A stretch of DNA of 64,000 bases from Macrostomum lignano (taxonomy: Eukaryota). Both the position numbers and the translations under genes were made by a program. Positions 24,432-36,057 of this stretch are shown piece by piece. Within the stretch, counting starts at the first letter, position 1; every line of letters begins with the position of its first letter. The stretch lies in contig NIVC01000001.1 in assembly GCA_002269645.1 (NCBI GenBank), forward strand, positions 2,294,001 through 2,358,000. The letters are read 5' to 3'. The notes beneath the pieces are model-generated. The model was not told the origin of the DNA, searched no databases, and saw only the letters and a program-made list of their open reading frames with translations.

Positions 24432-27400
24432 GACAATACCCGGTACCAACCTGCACAGTAGAATTAGAGGCTGCAATAATCTGATGCGGCTTGCCAGCAG
24501 CTCCAGCAGCACCGGCAGTGCTGGCGGCCATAGCTGGCAGTTTAACAAACTGGATGGGGCCGGCGCTGGACGGCGGCTGCTGCAGGAACAGCCGGCCGTC
24601 GGGCAGCTGCAGGAGGGTGCTCGGATAGTTAAAATTCAAAATATTGAAATTCTGCTGCAGCTGCATTGGCTGGCCGCCGATGCCGATGGCGGCTTCAACC
24701 GGATTGCCCGACACACTCGAGGACGGCGCGGCCGAGACGGCGACAGCGGCCGCGCCCGCCTGCAGAGTCTGCTGCATCTGGACGCCAGGAGCCGCAGCGC
24801 TGGCCGCTACGGCTGTCAGAACGCGCGGTTGAATTGTCGTCTGCATCTGCAGAGTGGCAGCCGCCGCGGCGGATTTACCGCCAACTACCTGATGGCTGAG
24901 CGTGGGCTGCACCACTTGGACTGGCTTGGTCTGCATGGACCCCGGCAGGGATCTGGAATGGAAATCATGGCGTGTGTGAAGAGATGCCAGAATTTCAGGC
25001 ACCGAGGAAACTGTATAGTCTAAGACTTCTATGGAGTTGGCTATCGGTACCGGCTATTGGTCTGTCTGTCTGTTCGCCTGCCTGCTTTCCTGTCTGCTTG
25101 TCTATGTGTCTGTTTGTCTGCCTGCTTGCCTGTCTGCTTGTCTATCTGTCTGTCTGCTTGCTTGTCTGTCTGTCTGTCTTTCTGTCTGCCTGCTTGCCTG
25201 TCTGTCTGCCTCGTCTGTCTTTCTGTCTGTCTGCCTGCTTGCCTGTCTGTCTGTCTGCTTGCCTGTCTGTCTGTCTGCCTGCTTGTCTATCTGTCTGTCT
25301 ATCTGCCTGCTTGTCTATCTGTCTGTCTTTCTGTCTGTCTGCTTGCTTGTCTGTCTGTCTATCTGTCTGTCGGCCTGTCTGTCTGTCAGTCGGTCTGTCT
25401 GCTTGATTTTTTATTCCTCACAAAACAAAGCATATAAGCTATTTAAAAATGAAAATAATCGCATATGAAAAATATACATTCTATACATGGAATAGCCTAG
25501 CAACAACACTATATTGATAGACTATCTTTTCCAACTGGCTTTAACCTCATGGCTACACCGCGAGAGAAAGGAGAGAAGAGCGGAGAAGAGTGAGGTGTTG
25601 TCATAGCTGCACGCCCAGACTCAAACAGCAGGTTGCGCTGGCTATTGCACTGAGCATTCTCTATCCAGAGGAGCAGAAAAAGGGCAGCAAAAAGCTTGGT
25701 AAACAGCGCGGTGAATGTACATTGCATTCTGTATTAAATACGCGTTTATGCCCATCTGCTTTGGCTTTAAATCAGACCTCAGGAAGGTAAAAAGCAATTT
25801 GCAATTGAAATTTTAATAATTATTCAATTAGGATTTTTACAGCCAAATGAGTTCAAGTCAGCAGTCTGATAGAGAGATCCTTGCCAGCAGTCCAGACTGC
25901 CCAACATTCAACGACTATCGTTGGTATCCTGATAGGCCACCGCTGCCGCGGCCGAAGGGACCACCGCTAGTGCTGGATTACAGCAGGACCGAGTGAGATC
26001 TGGCATCTGTCACTTTAATGCCCCCTGTCGCTTGGGCTGAGAGAGCTCGCCTTTATCTTCCTAGTCTACTCTCATTGTTCCACCATCCAGTGTCAATCTA
26101 ACTTCTTGGATCTAACCACCAGTATACATCCACCAGTATACACCACCAGTGTCTATTCACCAGTGTACACCACCAGTGTACACCACCAGTGTCTATCCAC
26201 CAGTGTACACCACCAGTATCTATCCACCAGTGTACACCACTAGTGTCTATCCACCAGTGTGTGTACACCACCAGTATACACCACCAGTGTCTATCTACCA
26301 CCAGTGTCTATCTACCACCGTTGTGTCTATGAATCCTATGAGTATGTACCACCGCGTCTATATACCCAGTGTCTATTCTAATTTCAATGTAATCTACTCA
26401 CTCGTCAATCATGTACATACCAATTAACCTATCTACACACCTGTTGGTTATACTAACTCGATCATTCCAAACCACACAACCCAAGGTGTCCGCCGCCCTA
26501 CGTGGCGCGCAATTGGCGCGGCTACACCGGCGCCATCGGATATTTTCCCGAACAGCCGGCGCCAACCAATCGTCGCTATTTCGCGCACGGCCTCGAGCCG
26601 CCGGAAGCCGGGCGCCGGGACTGCGCCCTGCGCTACCAGGAGATCCGGGCCTACCGCGGCTCCACCGCGCCGCCGCCTGGGGTGCCGTTCAATGACGCCC
26701 AGTTGGCGGCGCTGTGGGGCCCGCAGCTCATGTCGCACCCGGCCTCCGTCAGCCACCATCCGCAGAGCATCAGCCGGCTGCCCAGCGCCTTCCAGTACAA
26801 CTGACTGATGCTGTTGGGCTAAATACTGGACACATGTACATTTGCACTACTAGTAGTAGCTTTGCACTAGGGTTTCATTAACACACTGAAATACAGTTAA
26901 CTAAATGGATTGCTAATTATGTATATGCAGGGATAGAAAGGATTGCTAATCTGGCCAATGTGTGGAAGCAAAAATAGAATGGATTGCAAATCTAGACCAT
27001 ACAAGATTTTGTCAATCTAGACAATTGATGAAAAGCAAAAAAAGCATTGCTTTCATTAAGTTCTACCAGCAGCTTTAGTTTTTTAATGTAGTGTGAGTAT
27101 TTATGCTTACATTTTGTTCAATATTAATATAATAAGTTAGTTTAGCAAGCACCAAAAATATACGCTAAATATACACCACCTAGTTCTCGTATTTAAAACT
27201 CTTCTGTAAGTCAACTTCGTTAGTTCTGTTTTAAAAGTCGAAGGACACAATGTACTTAATATTAAACTTTCTCTCACCCGTGAGACCCGACCTCGCCGCC
27301 GCCGGTGCTGCAGTACACGGTGGCAATGGGCGCCCCGCCCTGCTGGCCGCGGCTGTGACTGGCGCCAATAATTTGCACATCGTCATCTTCTACAGCAGTC

Positions 27401-27532
27401 GAGCATACGATTCGAGTTTGGGAGCTTTGAATTTGCTGCAGCATCTGCTGCTGTTGTTGTTGTTGCTGCTGCTGCTGCTGCAGTGTACTGTCGATTGTGG
27501 CAACTCCTTGCACAATGCATGCGTGCGAAGAA
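20460..27532 (-). CDS. BICRA: BICRA/GLTSCR1-like (ncBAF subunit) Q-rich protein, at least 867 aa; exons 27532(or Met 27444)-27278, 24952-24451, 23786-23385, 22594-21623, 21020-20460
   Basis: All junctions GT-AG and phase-consistent (2,0,0,0); IHRQIQVEHRTLLSHLRPDPFRTADEATANLLRFHLFQ...RFKRLQ|AAILMSELRTRVLSSADPELQLLSDQL resembles the GLTSCR1 domain (PDYKTAFPSFEDALHRLLPYHVYQ...KYRLLLLEESRRVSPSAEMVMIDRMF); long polyQ/low-complexity N-terminus. The 5' end is uncertain. Confidence 0.65.
21085..21560. repeat. 22-bp intronic minisatellite (CTTTGAACCCTGACCCAGTTCA)
   Basis: Period 22 (21196 to 21218); inside the last BICRA-like intron. Confidence 0.92.
22640..23300. repeat. 31-bp intronic minisatellite (GAGCTTGATGGAGTGACAAGATTGAGTCTGG)
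   Basis: Direct reading; inside intron 22595-23384. Confidence 0.92.
23878..24435. repeat. Imperfect (GACA)n microsatellite, intronic
   Basis: Direct reading. Confidence 0.95.
25058..25402. repeat. Imperfect (CTGT)n microsatellite, intronic, inverted relative to 23878-24435
   Basis: Direct reading. Confidence 0.95.
25847..26804 (+). CDS. Unknown 154-aa Pro/Tyr/Arg-rich protein nested antisense in a BICRA-like intron; exons 25847-25992 and 26486-26804
   Basis: ATG 25847 after acceptor ttttacag; donor GA|gtgaga (phase 2); branch point TACTAAC at 26451 followed by the first AG at 26484-26485; GA+G restores frame into the GC-rich ORF 26502-26804; possible 5'UTR intron 25787-25842. Confidence 0.7.
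26115..26400. repeat. 13-14-bp minisatellite (CCACCAGTGTCTAT/CCACCAGTGTACA) in the intron of the nested gene
   Basis: Direct reading. Confidence 0.88.
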
Positions 27533-28361
27533 CTGCTAATTGGAAATGAAGCAATAAAAATTACATAAAATCTTCCGAAAAAAATTAGCATCGCACTACT
27601 GACAGCAGTAAAAAGTAATGAAAATTTGCAATAAAAGGCACCTACACAAAGGAGTTGCAGCTAGAAGACTCTGTCATTTGCTGGGGACTCTGGAATCCTG
27701 AAAAAATCAATTTAAAGCAAGAATTAGAAAATTTAATACTGTAAGCTGTCGCTGTACTTTAAATTGTCCTGTTGCAAGCTAGTATGAACTAACTATATAT
27801 ATGAACTAAACCTAAAATTGAACAAAAGTTTTGAGTTTGTGATTTAATTCCTAATTGTAATTAGTTTCAAATTGTAACTCAATCATATTAATAAAGTTGA
27901 TCAGCTAAGCATTAATTTGCTGCTTTTTAAAAAGCCTTTCATTCAGCTCAACTTCAATAAACTGCTTATTATTAAAGCAATACTTATTCAATTAAGGACA
28001 TTATATCCATATCCATAATTATATTCATAAGGACACTATAACAAGGGGGGATAAAAGTTGAGTTATATATTTTTACTTTCAATACAAAAATGGCTCTTAA
28101 ATTCACTAGGGTCAGGGACTCAACCATTTTTTACACTATATGCACATTGTGGTTGGAATAGTGGCGGCTTAAGTTAAGGTAAATGAAAGCAATGGGGTAG
28201 CTATCTAGCATTTGCAACTATCAAAGAAAAGAAGGCTAGATTGCAAAGAAGGCTTTTTAGAATTAGAAACCAACTGATAAGTAGATCATTGCCCTCACAG
28301 AAGATCTTGCATGATATGATATTTTGTTACTTTAGTTTTTTAAACAATATAAGAAAAGATA

Positions 28362-28525
28362 TCAAGAAAGAGAGGAGAGAAGGGAAAGAGGGAAAAAAGA
28401 AGAGACTGAGAGAAAGGGAAAAAGAGGGGAGAGAAGACAGGGAAAAGAGAGAAAAGAGGAGAGAAAAAAGAAAGGAAAAAAGAAGAAAAAGGGGAAAGAT
28501 AAAAAAGAGTGCAAAGAAGAGAATC
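28362..28525. repeat. Polypurine (GA-rich) low-complexity tract
   Basis: Almost pure A/G; explains the Lys/Arg/Glu ORF 28241-28528. Confidence 0.85.
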
Positions 28526-29388
28526 TAGCCATTTGCCCTTGGCCTACTCTATAGTCCTTGCACTTTGTATAGCAGCTAATGGCAGAAGGCCTTTAACCAA
28601 ATGACATGGCCAATCAGTCAAAGCTATTACCCATGCAGCAGGTTAGAAGGCCGCATTAGGCACACCCTTGTGTAAAGTATCTAGCATTGGGCTTGCTACC
28701 TAGACTGCTTTATACTCTGAATGCTATATTCAACATGGGTGCCTCTATCAAAACAAAGGTCTAAACCATATTATATATTACCCTTTCTTATACCAAACTG
28801 CACTAGTATGCCAGACTGCACCTATACTGCTGAGGGCCAATCTGTGCCAAATACCATTTGCAATAATTGTCATTGGCTATAATAAGGATGGTTGCATTTA
28901 GCATTTATACTATCTAGCCCATAGTCTGGAAGGTGGCCTATATGCCAGAAAATCTTTATGTGTATCAATTCTTCCTATAAATAGTATTGCCAATAATCAG
29001 AAAAATTAAACCAAATTATCTGTCAAAAAATGGTCTATTACACAAAGAAAAAAGGTTATTTATTCTCACAATGTAAAAAGGTCATTTATTGTTGCAACAC
29101 TGGCAGAGTTTTAAGAATGGGTGTGCACTCAATTTTTTGGCATGCATTTGTACTGATAAATTTTTATTTGGGTGTGCACCTAGCATGATCTAGACTATAG
29201 GGTCTTGGCATTGTATAATATTTATAGAAATTTTATTAGCTATAGATATAGCTTTGGATATAGATAGGCTATAAGAAAAAAAAAGATATAGATACAGATA
29301 TATAGATTTTTCTGAAAAATTTGGTCATGACAGAACTTTACTGTCTTACTCTTATCTAAGCAATATTATGCATAGCCAGAGGCCTAGA

Positions 29389-29685
29389 CATACATGCGCA
29401 ACAGTCGGCCGAGTCGGCCGATCCGGCCGACTGATTTGGCAGCCAACCAAGGAAGTCGCAAAAATGCCCACCCAAAAAATAACCAAGTAGTAGTACTAAG
29501 TAGCTGACGAGACATTTTGGCTTAATAAGACAGTCATAGTTACTCCTGCCGTTTACCCAAAGTTGCGTTAATTTTGCTTTAGTGTTTTTTTACATGTAAG
29601 TCGCATTTTTTGCCAAAAACTACGTCGCATTTTTGTTAAAACTAAGTCGCACGGCCGACCGAATTTTGGAGGTTGCGCATGTATG
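29389..29685. mobile_element. hAT-like MITE, 297 bp
   Basis: Perfect 14-bp TIR CATACATGCGCAAC/GTTGCGCATGTATG; perfect 8-bp TSD GGCCTAGA (29381-29388, 29686-29693). Confidence 0.88.
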
Positions 29686-29818
29686 GGCCTAGATAAAGAA
29701 TATAAATTATTAAAGCCTAGCCTCAACTTAATTCTTAAGATATCAATATTACACCAAACTCAAATTGTATAAAAGCTACTTTCTTTAAATGAAGCAAATG
29801 AAAAATGGTATTAAAAAA

Positions 29819-30241
29819 GGCAGTGCTTATCCCTACAGTACCGTTGGAATAATTTTCTGCTTATCCGCATGGCACACTGATGAGATAGCTGCCATATCTT
29901 CTACATATATGCTATATGTGAATAGTTTATAGCTTTTTGAAAGGGAATTTGAATTGAGGATACTAAGAAGCTGTTGATCTGGATCAACACCATGACTAGC
30001 ATTTTTTTGCATAAAAAGGCCATTAAATCTTTACTTCTATTAAACAAATTGTCAAGCAAAGTTATGTTGTTATATTGCACTTAAACCATAAGTACTAAAC
30101 TAAATTATTCCCACGGCATATGTAGAAGATGGGCCAGCTATCTCGTCAGTGTGCCATGCGGATAAGCAGAAAATTATTCCCACAGTACTGTTGGAATAAG
30201 ACAGAAATTATTCCTATGGTACCATGGGAATAAGCACTGCC
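29819..30241. mobile_element. Mutator (MULE)-type MITE, 423 bp
   Basis: About 95-bp imperfect TIRs starting GGCAGTGCTTAT; perfect 9-bp TSD ATTAAAAAA (29810-29818, 30242-30250). Confidence 0.85.
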
Positions 30242-30454
30242 ATTAAAAAATCAATGAAATCATACAATAAATCTGTAGGTGCTATTGATAGATTTGATTT
30301 AGGGCCTAACCCTTCATATTGGCTATTGTAATAGATAGGCCTAGGTGGCCTAGGCCTAGGCCATGCAACACCAAGCCCAAGGGAATTCCTAAATTATGAT
30401 TTATAGTTAAGATTATAGGCCTATCCAAAGTATGCCAGTATATAAGTTTATTTT

Positions 30455-31819
30455 GGGAGTACAAGATTTGCTAGCAGGAAATCTGCTAGCAAAGTTTGCT
30501 AGCAAGAAATTTGCTTGCCGAAATCTGCTAGCCGAAATCTGCTGGCCAAAATCTGCTAGCCGAAATCTGCTAGGCCTAGCTGAAATTTGCTAGCTGAAAA
30601 CTGCTAGCCGAGGTTTGCTAGCCAAAGTTTGCTAACCGAAATCTGCTGGCCAAAGTTTGCCAGCCAAAGCTTGCTAGCAGGAATTTTGCTAGCGAGGATT
30701 TTGCTAGCCGAGATTTGCTAGCAGGAATTTTGCTGGCTGAAAGTTGCTAGCAGGAATTTGCTGACCAAACTTCTTGCAACCAGCATCAAAAGATTGTTTG
30801 TTTTCTGGCAATGGCAATGCATTGTTTTAGCTAAAAAAACCCAGAGAACTAAGTAAAATTCCTAAATATTTTTCTTATAAGATCTTTTTTATAAGATCCT
30901 AAAAGTATCAGCATCAGTTCAAGTGCTTGGAAAGTCAGTTTGTCATTGTGGGGGACAAAATACTCTCAAGTTGCAATCAGATAGCTCGTAGTTAGGACAG
31001 TAGTTGAATTCTTTACTGAACTGTCAAGGCTTAACATTACCAGAGAAGGCTTAAAAAAGTTATTCCAAAACAATGTATATTTGCTATGTACATTGAGCCC
31101 TATCACCTGATCCTTGGTCTGGGGGAATGAGTAAGTGCAGTAGCACAAACAACAGAAAAAGCAGACAAACTTCACATGCCTACAGTTTCTGTTGTAACTG
31201 AAGTACAAAGTTGAGACTTTATACGGCTTGTATTTAGACAGAGAATAAGTCAATGAAGAATTGTATCAAGTTTGAAGTCAATCATTGTATGCGTGGAGCA
31301 AACTTGTGTCAGCTGAAAGTTAGTCAATTTTTAGCCCCTTTCATATATCTATTTAGTGGGAGACTCGAAACTTTATACGATTGTGTCAAATTAGTTGAAA
31401 ATTGGATTGTGTCCAATTTGAAGAGGATTGGTAAAGTAGAGCGACGCTATAGAGGATTTAGTGATATTCTTGCAAAACTTGACAAGCAAATTGTCTCTAC
31501 CTAATTACAACTTCCTGAGTTCGGCTAGCCAAATTGCTGCTTGCCAGTTTTCGTTGGATTCTCGCTAGCAGATTTTGGCTGACTAAATCCTCGCTAGCAA
31601 AATTCTTGCTAGCAACTTTTGGCCAGCAAAATTCCTGCTAGCAAGCTTCGGCTAGCAAACTTCGGCTAGCAAACCTTGGCTAGCAGGTTTCGGCTAGCAG
31701 ATTTCGGCTAGCAGATTTTGGCTAGCAGATTTCGGCTAGTAGATTTCGGCAAGCAAATTTCTTGCTAGGCCTAGCAAACTTCAGCTAGCAGATTTCCTAC
31801 TAGCAAATTTCATAGACCC
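30455..31819. mobile_element. Foldback/MULE-like element with about 300-bp inverted arms made of ~14-bp subrepeats (GCTAGCCGAAATCT)
   Basis: Arm 30455-30790 is the reverse complement of 31525-31819; GGG...CCC termini; 9-bp flanks GTTTATTTT/ATTTATTTT (8 of 9 match). Confidence 0.75.
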
Positions 31820-31996
31820 ATTTATTTTTAGGAAAACTGCGCATATATATAAGTGAAATGTGCATGTAGGCCTATATCATGCACCATAGGCCTACATAGC
31901 CAGCCAATAGTCATATAAGGGCCAAGGCTTAATTCCTTCCATCCTATCATTCCTATGCCATATGCTATAATATGCTAATGCTATGGATGGCTAGGG

Positions 31997-32423
31997 GGCG
32001 ATTGTGCAGTTTCCCGCTCTAAATTATTTTCACATTTTTTCGAACTTTTCAGCTAGGCCTACTGCTAGTATGGCTGGCCGACCTCCAGCGCCGCGGTTCA
32101 TCGTTTTGGCGGGCGAAGTTGTGAACAGCATCGTGCTCTGCGACCTAGATGTTACCCATTGAGGACTGGTTGCGCTGGTCCCAGATGTGGACGAAGCCAT
32201 GCGGTGGATGGCGCGGCACCACCTGCTTGCTAATACTAGGTCGTGTGAAGCGTGCGACATTCCTATGTCGCTCCAACGCCGTGCCGGCATGGACTGCATC
32301 AATGGCTGGCGGTGGTCCTGTAAGGAGTGTAAGCGGCACCGCTCAATTAGGAAGGACTCCTTTTTTGAAGAGAGTTCGAAAAAGGGGTGAAAATAATTTA
32401 GAGCGGGAAACTGCACAATCGCC
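31997..32423 (+). mobile_element. Internally deleted Merlin (IS1016/IS1595-related) DNA transposon, 427 bp
   Basis: Perfect 37-bp TIR GGCGATTGTGCAGTTTCCCGCTCTAAATTATTTTCAC; perfect 8-bp TSD GGCTAGGG; ORF 32187-32390 WMARHHLLANTRSCEAC...GWRWSCKEC...SIRKDSFFEES resembles the Merlin transposase N-terminal zinc ribbon; DDE core absent. Confidence 0.88.
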
Positions 32424-32809
32424 GGCTAGGGCTAGCTAGGCTTATGCCATGGCATAGGGTAAAAATGAATAAATGCAACCATTTAGTAGACTTTTCAAAG
32501 ATACAATATTATTAAATTGAGGCTAGGTCAATAATAAACAACATCATGACTCAAGCTTCACAGTGCAACAACGTGATTGGTCGATAACTTCATGTGGCAA
32601 GAGTTTACACAAACATCAGTACTATCCCAAAAAAGAATATTATTTACAATTTAAATTCAGGCTCAGCTTTTTATAACAAAACATAATTTTTAATAAAGAA
32701 AATTACAAAATTGTATTTTTTAAAAAGCAAACAAAACTTTAAAAATTGTTTTTTTTATTTAAGAACAATTGTTAGTAAGTAAAACATCCGTCTAAGAAAA
32801 CGAACGAAA

Positions 32810-35800
32810 TCCTATATACTAAAAATGAGTTGTCTGTATGTGGGTAGGTATGCGATAGATTTCAGAAAAAATGGCTCAACCGATTTTCTTCAAACTTGCA
32901 CCATTCGATTAGAAATTTTCCTGGGACGGTACATGCATCTTGGCTAAAAAATTGCTCAATGATAAAGGGATTAAATATTCGAAAAACATGCTTTTTTGCA
33001 AAGGTCAAGCAGCTCTTCCTTCCTATATACTAAAAATGAAAATCTTGCTTGCTTGCTTGCTTGTAATCGATTAGAGAAAAAATGGCTTAACCGATTTTCA
33101 TGAGACTTGCACTGTTCGATCAGAAATTTTCCCGTGACGGTACATGTGTCTTGGCTAAGAAATTGCTCGATGCTAAAGGCATTAAATATTCGAAAAACAT
33201 GCTTTTTTGCAAAGGTCAAGCAAACTTTTCGACTTGAAATGCATTGTAAGAATGCTAGAAAAAAATTGACTGGTTGAATTCTGATTCTAAAATAGATTGC
33301 ATCATAACTGAATTGTAACTCCGACTTGAATTGCGTCACAGTATTGAAAATGCAGTGTGGAAGCGAAACACCAGACGTGATTTAGATTGCGTAACCATAT
33401 TGTTAACTGATACTGACTGACTGAGAAATTGATTATGTCATAACTGCCTCGTGTGATTTACTCCATGCTTGGAGTTTTGAAACTTATAATTATAAGTGCT
33501 AAAATTCATATTATCAAAACGATGAGAGCTAGCCTAGAGGTAAACAGACTGACTGCTAAATGCAGGGACGATGGTTCGAATTTTTAGAGAGTGGAATTTT
33601 TTTAATTAAAGCTTTTTAACACCAAAAAGAAAACTAAAAAATTATAGAAGCGTCATGAAAAAATCATAGGAGCGTCATGAAAAAATCATAGGAGCGTCAT
33701 GAAAAAATCATAGAAGCATCATGTAAAAATCACAGAAGCGTCCTGCAGAAATCGTAGAAGCATCATGTAAAAATCATAGAAGCGTCATGTAAACAATCAT
33801 AGAAGCGTCATGCAAAAAATTGTGGAAGCGTCATGAAAATATCATAGAAGCGTCATGTAAAAAATCATAGAAGCGTCTTGAAAATATCATAGAAGCGTCA
33901 TGTAAAAAATCATAGAAGCGTCATGTAAACAATCATAGAAGCGTCATGTAAAAAATCATAGAAGTGTCATGTAAACAATCATAGAAGCGTCATGTAAAAA
34001 ATCATAGAAGCGTCATGTAAACAATCATAGAAGTGTCATGTAAACAATCATAGAAGTGCCATGTAAAAAATCATGGAAGCGTCATGTAAAAATCATAGAA
34101 GCGTCATGAAAAAATCATGGAAGCGTCATGTAAAAAATCATGGAAGCGTCATGAAAAAAATCATGGAAGCGTCATGTAAAAATCATAGAAGTGTCATGTA
34201 AAAAATCATGGAAGCGTCATGTAAAAAATCATAGAAGCGTCATGTAAAAAATCATGGAAGCGTCATGAAAAAATCATAGAAACGTCATGTAAAAATCATA
34301 GAAGCGTCATGTAAACAATCATAGAATCGTCATATAAAAAGCATAGAAGCGTCATGTAAACAATCATAGAAGCGTCATATAAAAAGCATAGAAGCGTCAT
34401 ATAAACAATCACAGAAGCGTCATGAAAAATCATGGAAGCGTCATGTATAAATCATAGAAGTGTCATGTAAAAAATCATGGAAGCGTCATATAAAAAGCAT
34501 AGAAGCGTCATATAAACAATCACAGAAGCGTCATGAAAAAATCATGGAAGCATCATGTAAAAATCATAGAAGTGTCATGTAAAAAATCATGGAAGCGTCA
34601 TGTAAAAAGCATAGAAGCGTCATGTAAAAAGCATAGAAGCGTCATGTAAACAATCATAGAAGCGTCATGAAAAAATCATAGGAGCGTCATGAAAAAATCA
34701 TAGAAGCATCATGTAAAAATCATAGAAGCATCCTGCAGAAATCGTAGAAGCATCATGTAAACAATCATAGAAGCGTCATGTAAACAATCATCGAAGCGTC
34801 ATGAAATAATCATAGTAGCGTCATGTAAAAAGCATAGAAGCGTCATGTAAAAAGCATAGAAGCGTCATGTAAACAATCATAGAAGCGTCATGAAAAAATC
34901 ATAGAAGCCTCATTTAAAAACTAATGAAAGCATCATTTAAAAAATTAAGAAGCATCATGGAAGAATAAAAGAAGTGTAATGTAAAAATCAAAAGAAGCGT
35001 CATGTCAGACATGAAGGATGTCATGTAAAAATGAAATGCAGCTATAATGCTGTGCTGGGAAGAAAAACTGAGACGTCAAGGCTCTCAGAGAATAACTGAG
35101 ATTACGAGGGGGGGGTTGTTTCTGGGATCTCAAAGCAAAAGTCAGAAGCTACTTCAAAGTTCATGTACTTTACTCAATTTTTTTTTGCATTCTTTGTTGG
35201 CTCGCCACGGGGGGCGCTGATAGAAGAAGAGTCATGTAAAAAATAAAAGTAGCACTATGTATACATAAAAGAAAAGTCATGTCGAAGTTAAAAGATTCAT
35301 TTGGGAATTGCTACGATGTCAAAGCTTGGTGGAAATCGTTATAGTGCTGTGATTCTTAAAGAAGGAATCACTAAAATGTCAAGGCTTAGGGGAGAAGAAT
35401 TGCTGAGATTTCAAGGCTTTAGGTTGGGTTAAAGTTAGGTTTAGGTCAGGTGTGGGTTGAGGGTTATATTTTATCGGGTTTCAAGGTTAACAGTGGATTT
35501 TTTAGATTTCAAGGTTTATGGGGGCCATCGCTGACATGTCAAGGCTTACGGACGGGGGGGAATAGCTGAGATGTCAAGGCTCACGGGGGTATAAATGAGA
35601 TTTCAAGGCTAAAGTCAGAAGCTACATGTAGTTTATTGAAAACTTTTTATTGCATTATTTGATGCCTCCTCAGGCGAGGGATCGCTGATAAAAAAAGCGT
35701 TATGTAAAAAATAAAAGAAGCTTATCGCTACGAATGCTGTAGTAGTGCTATAATGACTCTTAGAGAGAATTACTGAAATTTCAATGCTTTAGGGTTATGT

Positions 35801-36057
35801 TAGGGTTAGGGTTAGGGATAGGGTTAGGGTTAGAAGGTTGACAGATATTTTTAGATTTCCAAGGCTTATTGGGGGCATTGCTGAGATGTCAAGGGGGGAA
35901 GTTGATATGTTAAAGCTGGGGGGGGGGAATTACTGACATGTCAAGGCTTACAAGGTTTGACAGGAGATTTTTTAAGATTTCAAGGATACATGTAGCTTAT
36001 TAAAAAAAACGTGTATAGCATTTCTTTGGCTCCCCAACGGGGGGCGTAGATTGCTAG
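32810..36057 (+). mobile_element. Non-autonomous Helitron, copy 1 of a head-to-tail array
   Basis: A|TC 5' end (TCCTATATACTAAAAATG), second 5' start at 33021, 3' hairpin CCCCAACGGGG then CTAG at 36054-36057; internal ~22-bp satellite 33650-35030. Confidence 0.78.
33650..35030. repeat. 21-23-bp satellite (ATCATAGAAGCGTCATGTAAAAA) inside Helitron copy 1
   Basis: Direct reading. Confidence 0.93.

Noticed and set aside
21584-25002. Long minus ORFs 21584-22957 and 23902-25002 as single-exon genes
   Set aside because: They run from real exons into intronic repeats; reinterpreted as parts of the spliced BICRA-like gene
28241-28528. Lys/Arg/Glu-rich ORF
   Set aside because: Translation of a polypurine tract
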